A stretch of 64,000 nt of DNA from Candidatus Hydrogenedentota bacterium (GTDB lineage Bacteria > Hydrogenedentota > Hydrogenedentia > Hydrogenedentales > SLHB01): the NCBI GenBank assembly GCA_963674865.2, contig CAXXYE010000009.1:416001-480000 (forward strand), in the 5' to 3' direction. Under the pieces are notes generated by a model. That model was not told the origin of the DNA. It did no database searches and worked only from the letters and a program-made list of their open reading frames with translations. A program made the position numbers and the translations under genes. This document shows positions 28,002 through 35,288 of this stretch, piece by piece. Positions within the stretch are counted from its first letter, which is position 1; each line of letters begins with the position of its first letter.

Positions 28002-29230
28002 TGGCGTTCAGGTTGTTGAGTGCTACTAGCATCTGGGGACACGTGGTTGGCCCGAACTTGGAGAAGTCCGGCGGTCGGTACGTGTCCCCAGTTTTCTGTA
28101 TCGCTGGATTGCTTTGCGTGGCGGCCATCGCCGTTTGGACGCAGATGGCCTTTGGAGCAGAGGGAGACGTCATGACCGAGAGCGATGGGACGCCGGTGGA
28201 GGCGCCGCTGTATGTTTCGGGCGAAGGAGGTTACCACACCTACCGAATTCCGGCGCTCGTGGTGACGATAAAGGGGACGGTGCTGGCCTTCTGCGAGGGG
28301 CGACGGTTGAGCGGGGGCGACTCGGGCGATATCGATCTCCTCTTGCGGCGCAGTACGGATCATGGCGCGACGTGGGGGCCGGTGCAGGTGGTGGCGCGGG
28401 GCAACGGCGATACGTGCGGGAATCCGGCCCCCGTGGTCGATAGGAGCACGGGCACCGTGTGGCTGCTGATCACGAAGAATGACGGCGACGTGACGGAGCC
28501 TATGATCGGGCGGGGCGAGGCGCCGCCGCGGACGGTTTGGCTCAGCCGCAGCACGGATGACGGGCAAACGTGGTCGCCGCCTGTCGATATTTCCGAGGAC
28601 ACGCGCATGCCTGATTGGCGGTGGTATGCGACGGGCCCGGGGCACGGCGTACAACTCGATTCCGGCCGGTTGATCGTGCCGTGTGATCACTCGCTGTCCG
28701 AGGATCACGACACATGGCACTCGCACATTCTCTACAGCGATGACGCGGGCGCAACATGGCATATGGGAGGCAGCGCCGAGGCGAAAACCAACGAGTGTAC
28801 CGCGGCACAGCTTGCTGATGGGCGGCTCTATCTGAACATGCGTAATTACCTGGGCACGGGCCGGCGGGTTGTCAGCATCAGTGAGGACGGGGGCCTGACG
28901 TGGCCTCCAATGCGGGAGGACGAGAGTCTCCCGTGTCCGGTTTGCCAGGCAAGTTGCCTGGGCGTACAGGGCGCGGACGGCAAAGGCATGCTGCTCTTCT
29001 CGAATCCCGCGAGCGATGAGCGGGAGCGCATGACGGTGCGGGCGAGTTACGATGACGGGGACACATGGCCGGTGGCCAAAGTGCTCCACGCGGGGCCGTC
29101 GGCCTACTCCGATCTTGCAGAGACTCAGGATGGGACGGTTCTGTGCCTTTACGAACGCGGCGAAGAACATCCTTTAGAAACGATTACGCTTGCTCGCTTC
29201 ACGAAGGCATGGCTCACCAGCGACGAGTGA
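28001..29230 (+). CDS. Secreted sialidase (GH33 family)
   Basis: YRIP motif, AFCEGR, Asp-boxes [44 protein letters not shown] overlaps the upstream TAA. Confidence 0.93.
   Translation: MAFRLLSATSIWGHVVGPNLEKSGGRYVSPVFCIAGLLCVAAIAVWTQMAFGAEGDVMTESDGTPVEAPLYVSGEGGYHTYRIPALVVTIKGTVLAFCEGRRLSGGDSGDIDLLLRRSTDHGATWGPVQVVARGNGDTCGNPAPVVDRSTGTVWLLITKNDGDVTEPMIGRGEAPPRTVWLSRSTDDGQTWSPPVDISEDTRMPDWRWYATGPGHGVQLDSGRLIVPCDHSLSEDHDTWHSHILYSDDAGATWHMGGSAEAKTNECTAAQLADGRLYLNMRNYLGTGRRVVSISEDGGLTWPPMREDESLPCPVCQASCLGVQGADGKGMLLFSNPASDERERMTVRASYDDGDTWPVAKVLHAGPSAYSDLAETQDGTVLCLYERGEEHPLETITLARFTKAWLTSDE
28033..28091. repeat. REP-like palindrome within the sialidase 5' region
   Basis: Perfect 12-bp inverted repeat ctggggacacgt / acgtgtccccag. 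Confidence 0.8.
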
Positions 29231-29292
29231 TGAGGGGCGCACTGTCGGATGCCTCTTACCGGGATCCGCCTGTAACGGCGGCCACTAGTTCC

Positions 29293-29994
29293 TCAATTGC
29301 CGTCGAATCGGCGGTCGATGATGGGGGTGTCTTTCGGAATCTGGATGTTGTTCATGTTGATGATGTCACCGTCTACGTAGAGCACGAGGTCAGTGCGCGC
29401 ACGTTCCAGATGATACCGTTCCAGATTGCCGGGCAAGTCCTTATCGAGGTCGACAATGATCCATCCCTCGTCGGGGCCGTCCGTCAGCCATGGGCTCCCG
29501 ACGCATTTGGGGACTGTTCCGTCCGGCAAGCGAAGGCTGCGCTGTTGCATCGGCACGGGCGGCGTGTCGTCCATTGGGGCGCCGTTCACTTTCCCAACCT
29601 GCCACGGCGCCGTGAGGATCATCACCCGCGGCTCGCTCCGCTGAGGAGCCGTGTCCCTCACGCCGGCGGATGTGGGAGCGCATCTGCTGAGTCCCAAGGT
29701 GCCTCCCTTGCTCTTGATCCTAAGAAGAGCGGGCCAAGCTTCAGCAAACTCCTCTTGGCTCCGAAAGGAGAACTCGTAGATGGCCTCGTTTATGGGCGTG
29801 CCGTTGGCCCAGCCAGAGCATGACGATGTGGCTCGCGCCCGAAACGGCTCAAGTTCCGGGGGCCAATCCGAGGGCCAGTGTCCGCCGCCATCCACTACGG
29901 CGTATCCGCGGACGACAGATGGGCTCAACGCAGTGAGCAACATTATCGTCAGTCCGGCTCCGGCCCAAAGACTGATCCTGAGTTTCCATTCCAT
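29293..29994 (-). CDS. Hypothetical secreted protein
   Basis: AAGGAG RBS, signal-like N-terminus (MEWKLRISLWAGAGLTIMLLTAL), WPSDWPPELEPFR and LYVDGDII segments. Confidence 0.75.
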   Translation of the reverse strand: MEWKLRISLWAGAGLTIMLLTALSPSVVRGYAVVDGGGHWPSDWPPELEPFRARATSSCSGWANGTPINEAIYEFSFRSQEEFAEAWPALLRIKSKGGTLGLSRCAPTSAGVRDTAPQRSEPRVMILTAPWQVGKVNGAPMDDTPPVPMQQRSLRLPDGTVPKCVGSPWLTDGPDEGWIIVDLDKDLPGNLERYHLERARTDLVLYVDGDIINMNNIQIPKDTPIIDRRFDGN

Positions 29995-30016
29995 GGCCGT
30001 CTCCTTTTTGCATGGG

Positions 30017-30134
30017 CGAAAAGCAGGGACAGACACGTCTTCGCTTCGCTCCGCTTGTGTCAGTCCCTGTCTTTCGCTTCCTCTTGGGGCTTCTCCATCT
30101 GCAGATAAGCAACGTTACTTATGAGTCAGAACAC
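30017..30134 (+). repeat. 118-bp direct repeat, copy B1 (partner 32396-32513)
   Basis: cgaaaagcagggacagacacgtcttcgcttcgctccgcttgtgtcagtccc...gataagcaacgttacttatgagtcagaacac. Confidence 0.92.
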
Positions 30135-30207
30135 CAGGAACAGAGTGGATGTCCTCCGCCGGATCCTAGTGTAACGGGAAAGGAGGACTAGGCTCAAGAC
30201 CGTAACG

Positions 30208-30233
30208 ACGGGCGCTTAGCATGAAGCGCCCGT
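30208..30233 (-). terminator. Hairpin downstream of the solute-binding protein gene
   Basis: acgggcgctt-agcatg-aagcgcccgt. Confidence 0.5.
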
Positions 30234-30272
30234 TCGACAGGGCTTACCATCGCCGGCTGCGAAGAAGGCGGT

Positions 30273-32000
30273 TCAGGGGTATCGCTGGAGTTCTTCGGGG
30301 ACGAACCATTCGCTAGAGTCGGGGCCGTAGGGGTAGATCTTGATGCCGTGGACGCGGCGGTCGACGGCGAGGAGCGCCTTGGTGCAGAAGAGGAAGGTAT
30401 AGGGCTGCTCCTCGTGGACGATCTCGTGGAACCGGTTGTAGAGCTTGATGCGCGTGGGCCGGTCGAAGGCTACGCGCGCCTGTTCGATAATGCTGTCGGC
30501 CTCGGCGTTGCGGAAGCCGACAAAGTTCGATCCGGCGTCCGCCTGGGATGAATGCCACACCTGGAAGGGATCGGGATCGGGGGGCATGGACCATCCCATC
30601 ATCACGGCGTCGAACTTGCGCTCGTCGACGCTCTGGGTCATGGTGGCCCACTCGAGAGAGCGGATGTGCATGTCGATGCCGGCGCGTCGCAACTCCTCCT
30701 GGAAGATCGTGGCGGTCTGCTCCGCCGTGGTGCTGGTGTTGACGATCAGCATCTCGAAGGAGAAGGGGACGCCGTCTTTGTCGCGGATGCCGTCGCCGTC
30801 GGAATCGCCCCATCCTTGCTCGTCGAGGAGGGCCTTTGCCGCGGCGGCGTCGAAGGGCCAGGGCTCGACGTTGGGATTATTCTCCGGGGTTCCCGGCATG
30901 AAGTTTCCGGTGACGGGTTTTGCGTAGCCTAGATAGATGGTTTCCCGGATCAACTCGCGGTCGAGAAGCATGGTGAGGGCGCGGCGCACGAGTTTGTCAT
31001 CGAATTGGGGGCGGCGGCTGTTCCAGCCGATGTAGTAATACGAGGGCCGGTAGTACTCGATCTTGTTGAACCTCTCGGTGAACTTGGCGCTGGCCGCGCG
31101 GTTCACCCAATCCTCGGGGCGGAAACTCATGACGTCCATTTCGCCGCGGTTGAGGACCTGGAAGGCGGCGTTATCGTCCAGGATGATCTTGTAGAGGCGT
31201 TTGTCGAAATACGGCGTCTTGCCGATGGCAACGCCCCAGTAATCGGGATTGCGCCTCAGAACGACCTGTTGGCCGGTGTCCCAGCGTTCGAGGATATAGG
31301 GTCCCGAGCCGATGGGATTGCGGTTGTTGGGGTGGTTGTTGAAGTCGCCTTCCTGATAGATGTGCTTGGGGATGATGCTCATACCGCCGAGCATGACGAT
31401 GTGGCGGTAGTAGGGCTTGGTGCAGGTGAACTGGATGGTGTAGTCGTCTATCTGCTCACAGGCGGCGACATCACGGTAGTAGTTGCGCAAATGGGGCGCG
31501 TCCGTCGTGGGCGCGGTCATGGTGGCAAAGCTGAACCTGACGTCCGCGGCGGTAAGTGGGACGCCGTCGGTGAAGGTGACGCCCTCGCGGAGTTTGAAGG
31601 TGTAGGTGAGGTGGTCTTCCGAGATCGTCCAGGACTCGGCGAGATGGGGGATCATCTCGAGCGTCTCGTTGTCCCTGTCCAAGAGCGAGTCGAAGACCAA
31701 CTCATTGACGTCCGAGGAGTAGACGTCGGTACTTGTGTAAGGATTGAGGTGGGCCATCTCGGCGGGGAGCCGCGAAATGAGCCAGTCGCCGACGGCGGGC
31801 GTGGCGGGGGCGGTAGCTCCGTCCGCGAGCAAGCCCGCGCTCTCCTCTTGGCCCGTGTCTCCGGCCTGAGGGGCGCTATCCGGCGACGGCGCGGGCGTCT
31901 CTGATACGCCAGACGGCTTGGGGCCGCTGCATGCCGTAAGGAAAACAGCCGGCAATACGACGAGGAGAATGGATATTACAGGCGTCGCGACAGTCCTCAT
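30273..32000 (-). CDS. Peptide ABC transporter substrate-binding lipoprotein (SBP family 5, AppA/OppA-like)
   Basis: LTAC lipobox, LAESWTIS, FKLREGVTFTDG, PIGSGPY, VRRAL. Confidence 0.93.
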   Translation of the reverse strand: MRTVATPVISILLVVLPAVFLTACSGPKPSGVSETPAPSPDSAPQAGDTGQEESAGLLADGATAPATPAVGDWLISRLPAEMAHLNPYTSTDVYSSDVNELVFDSLLDRDNETLEMIPHLAESWTISEDHLTYTFKLREGVTFTDGVPLTAADVRFSFATMTAPTTDAPHLRNYYRDVAACEQIDDYTIQFTCTKPYYRHIVMLGGMSIIPKHIYQEGDFNNHPNNRNPIGSGPYILERWDTGQQVVLRRNPDYWGVAIGKTPYFDKRLYKIILDDNAAFQVLNRGEMDVMSFRPEDWVNRAASAKFTERFNKIEYYRPSYYYIGWNSRRPQFDDKLVRRALTMLLDRELIRETIYLGYAKPVTGNFMPGTPENNPNVEPWPFDAAAAKALLDEQGWGDSDGDGIRDKDGVPFSFEMLIVNTSTTAEQTATIFQEELRRAGIDMHIRSLEWATMTQSVDERKFDAVMMGWSMPPDPDPFQVWHSSQADAGSNFVGFRNAEADSIIEQARVAFDRPTRIKLYNRFHEIVHEEQPYTFLFCTKALLAVDRRVHGIKIYPYGPDSSEWFVPEELQRYP

Positions 32001-32137
32001 GTCAGCCTCCCTTAAACGCCTCGAACCGAGTTCGCTTCGAGCCGGGACGGAGGATAGCAGACTGCCGGGGAAATCTCACGTTTCACGCCCGGTGGCCGGG
32101 CGCCGTGTCCGGAAGGCGGCTTTCCAATAAAGAACAG

Positions 32138-32293
32138 GCCACGGATGGACACAGATGAACACTGAATCGGCTCCGGCACAGAGGAAGGATCGACATCCGG
32201 ACGGAATTACTCAGCGTAGCTCTGCGCGCTCTGCGACTCCGCGTTGGGGGAACCTGAACGCAGAGAAGCAGAGATCGCGGAGTTGCGCAGAGA
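32138..32293. repeat. Cluster of triple-9-mer repeat elements
   Basis: gccacggatggacacagatgaacac. Inverted pair ctctgcgcgctctgcgactccgcgtt (32220-32246) and aacgcagagaagcagagatcgcggag (32257-32282). Confidence 0.7.
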
Positions 32294-32395
32294 AGAACGG
32301 GCCTGTGGGAGATAAGACTTTCCGCGGTTGATATCCGCGCAGGGCGCGTCGCGACGGCGCGTTCATCCAGGCCTTTTTGGGCGTTCCAGTCGTAT

Positions 32396-32513
32396 CGAAA
32401 AGCAGGGACAGACACGTCTTCGCTTCGCGCCGCTTGTGTCAGTCCCCGTTTTTCGCTTCTTCTTGACGCTTCTTCATCTACGGATAAGCAACGTCAATTA
32501 TGAGTCAGAACAC
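32396..32513 (+). repeat. 118-bp direct repeat, copy B2 (partner 30017-30134)
   Basis: Same length and mostly identical to copy B1. Confidence 0.92.
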
Positions 32514-32649
32514 TGGCTGATTTGATCGGGGGGGCGGCGGGTGGCTATCCTTGACGCCCGCTGAGGCGGCATTTCGTTTGGGCATTCCAACGACTGGGCT
32601 GGGACGTTCGACTGTTTTGTATTGCGGTGATAGAAGGGGAGTTTCTGCC

Positions 32650-33417
32650 ATGGGTACGCCGAAAATCGCCATGATTCTTTACACGGTGCGTGAGCCGGCG
32701 AAGGAAGATTTGCCGGGCACGCTGAAGCGCGTTCGCGAAGCCGGATTCGAGTACGTCCAGTGGAGCGGGATGCCGAAACTGCCCGCGGAGGAGGCTCGCA
32801 AGGCCCTCGATGACGCGGGCCTCACGGCCGTCGCGGCGCACGTCAGCATCGAGCCCTTCGAGGAGGAGTTCGACGAAACCGTCGCCTTCTGGAAGACGGT
32901 GGGCTCGCTCGACGTGGCTCCGGGCGGTATGATGCGCGACTGTAAGGAGACGCTCGAGGACTGGCTCCGCGGCGCTGAGCGGCTGGATGCCGTGGGCGCG
33001 AAGCTTCGTGACGCCGGGATGCGCCTCTCGTATCACAACCACGCGGGCGAGTTCGAGACGTATCCGGGCGATGAGCGCTGCAAACTCGACATCCTTTACG
33101 AGGAGACGTCGCCGGAGCATCTTTTTGCGGAACTCGATACGGCCTGGGTGCATCACGGCGGCGCCGATCCGGCGGCCTATATCCGCAAGTACGCCGGGCG
33201 GTGTCCGGTCATCCACGTCAAGGATACGCACGGGAAGGACGCCGAAGGCAATGTGCGGTTCGCCGAATTGGGCCGGGGATTGCTCGATTGGGACGCGATC
33301 TTCTCGGCGGCGCGGGAGTCGGGCGTGGAATGGTGCATCTATGAACAGGACAAGTGCGACGGGGACGTGTTTGACAGCGTCCGCGCCAGCTTCGATTTTC
33401 TGGCTGAGAATCTGTAA
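32650..33417 (+). CDS. Sugar phosphate isomerase/epimerase (xylose isomerase-like TIM barrel)
   Basis: LYTVR, LSYHNH, ELDTAW, IHVKD, YEQD. Confidence 0.9.
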   Translation: MGTPKIAMILYTVREPAKEDLPGTLKRVREAGFEYVQWSGMPKLPAEEARKALDDAGLTAVAAHVSIEPFEEEFDETVAFWKTVGSLDVAPGGMMRDCKETLEDWLRGAERLDAVGAKLRDAGMRLSYHNHAGEFETYPGDERCKLDILYEETSPEHLFAELDTAWVHHGGADPAAYIRKYAGRCPVIHVKDTHGKDAEGNVRFAELGRGLLDWDAIFSAARESGVEWCIYEQDKCDGDVFDSVRASFDFLAENL

Positions 33418-33443
33418 CTGAATCTGAAGAAGGAGATCTTGAG

Positions 33444-34193
33444 ATGGGCAGCATTCCATTCGCGTTGCAGCTCTACACCGTGCGCGATCACATGAGCGAG
33501 GACGCCGCCGGGACGCTCAAACGCGTCAAGGAGATCGGCTACGACAACGTCGAGCTGGCGGGCACCGCCGGCCTTTCCCCGGCCGAGTTCAAGGCCATTC
33601 TGGATGACGTCGGCCTCACGGCCGTCGCGGGCCACGTTGGGCTCAGTGACGCCACGAAGGACGTGGACAAACTCATCGAGACGGCCCAGACGCTCGGGAT
33701 GAAGCACGTCGTGGTGCCGGGCATCGATCGCGCCTTGACGGCCGATAAGCAGGGCTGGATCAATTGCGGTGAGGCCATGAACGAGGGGGGCGCGAAGCTC
33801 CTCAGCGCGGGCATTCGCCTGAGCTACCACAATCACAACCACGAGTTCGAGCAATATGACGGCGAGTACATCCTCGACATACTCCTGGGCGCGGCCCAGC
33901 CGGAGAATCTCGGCTCGGAACTCGACACATACTGGGTGAAGTTCGGCGGCGCGGATCCGTTGGCGCAGATCAATAAGCTGAAGGGCCGCTGCCCGCTGCT
34001 GCACATCAAAGACATGACTCCGGGCGATGATCCGACCTTCGCCGAAGTCGGCAAGGGCATCATCGATTGGGCGCCCATATTCGCGGCCGGCGCGGAAGCC
34101 GGTACGGAGTGGTATATCGTCGAGCAGGACACCTGTCCGGGCGACTCACTTGAAAGCGCCCGCATCAGCGCCGAGTTCATGGCGGCGCAGTAG
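33444..34193 (+). CDS. Sugar phosphate isomerase/epimerase, tandem paralog
   Basis: QLYTVR, LSYHNH, ELDTYW, LHIKD, VEQD. Confidence 0.9.
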   Translation: MGSIPFALQLYTVRDHMSEDAAGTLKRVKEIGYDNVELAGTAGLSPAEFKAILDDVGLTAVAGHVGLSDATKDVDKLIETAQTLGMKHVVVPGIDRALTADKQGWINCGEAMNEGGAKLLSAGIRLSYHNHNHEFEQYDGEYILDILLGAAQPENLGSELDTYWVKFGGADPLAQINKLKGRCPLLHIKDMTPGDDPTFAEVGKGIIDWAPIFAAGAEAGTEWYIVEQDTCPGDSLESARISAEFMAAQ

Positions 34194-34305
34194 GCACGAC
34201 GGAATCCGGATACGCCGCGCCGCTGCTTTTCGGGAAAGCCCGGCGGCGGCGCGGCCTTATTTCATAGATGATCGCTCGCAGGCGGGATGTAAGGAGAGGT
34301 ACGTC

Positions 34306-35235
34306 ATGTTTGATGTCCAAACGCTGTCAGCGGCGTTGATCCAGCGGCGGCGGGCGATGCCTGAAGTCAACGCTATCGCGGAGGGCAAGGCGCTGGCGCA
34401 TCCCGCGCCAAGAGCGCCTCGAATCTTCGCGGATACGGCGAAGATCGACGAGATCCGGCCTCTTTTCGAGGCAGGCATCATCAATGGCGTTACCACCAAT
34501 CCCACGTTGCTCAAGAAGGCAGGCGCAAGTTCATGGAAAGAGGCCAAGGCGATCCTCACGGAGATCTTGCGCACCGTGGCGCCGGGCCCCGTCAGTCTCG
34601 AACTGACGGAGGTCACGCCGGAGAAGATGATTCCGCAGGCGGAGGAGCTTGCGGCGCTCGGGGAGAACGCCATCGTCAAGGTGCCGGTGGGCGGATACGC
34701 CGCGCTCGACAAGGCATACGATCCGCAGACGGGACTTAGGGTGATCCGGCAGTTGTGGGAGCGGGATATCCGCACCAACGCGACACTGGTGTTCAACTCG
34801 ACGCAGGCCCTTTGGGCCGCGAATGCCGGGGCGATGTGCGTGAGTCCCTTCTTGGGCCGTCTCGCGGATTATATGTACAAGAATGACATGCCGGAGCGGC
34901 CTTCGGGGAACTCCCTGTACCACATCGAGGATCACAAGGACGCTCGGGGCGATCAGCACACGGCCAACACGGAGTACGTTGCCTGCGGCGGGCGGCGCAA
35001 GGACGCGGGCGTCAGGCTCATCCGAGAGATCGCGGCTATCTTCGCCAATTACGATATTAAGACGGAAGTCCTCGCGGCCAGCGTGCGAAACCTCGCGCAG
35101 CTCTCGGAGCTTCTCGTGGCCGGTGCGGATATTCTGACGGTGCCCGCGCAGATTCTCGCGCGCGTGGCCGACCACCCGCTGTCCGACGCGGGCATGGTGA
35201 ATTTCGATTCGGACGCGAAGGCGTTTTCGCAATAG
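34306..35235 (+). CDS. tal: Transaldolase-family protein
   Basis: FADTA, GVTTNPTL, GPVSLE, catalytic-Lys VKVP, TNATLVF, VSPFLGR, LAASVR. AAGGAG RBS. Confidence 0.85.
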   Translation: MFDVQTLSAALIQRRRAMPEVNAIAEGKALAHPAPRAPRIFADTAKIDEIRPLFEAGIINGVTTNPTLLKKAGASSWKEAKAILTEILRTVAPGPVSLELTEVTPEKMIPQAEELAALGENAIVKVPVGGYAALDKAYDPQTGLRVIRQLWERDIRTNATLVFNSTQALWAANAGAMCVSPFLGRLADYMYKNDMPERPSGNSLYHIEDHKDARGDQHTANTEYVACGGRRKDAGVRLIREIAAIFANYDIKTEVLAASVRNLAQLSELLVAGADILTVPAQILARVADHPLSDAGMVNFDSDAKAFSQ

Positions 35236-35288
35236 CGCTGAGGTCGTTCAGCGGCCCCGGCGGGACACGCAGCGGGAGGAAATGACGC

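Noticed and set aside
26712..29170. Long antisense ORFs (426 aa and 398 aa) and similar shadows elsewhere
   Set aside because: These are typical antisense shadows of high-GC coding genes with no recognisable motifs.
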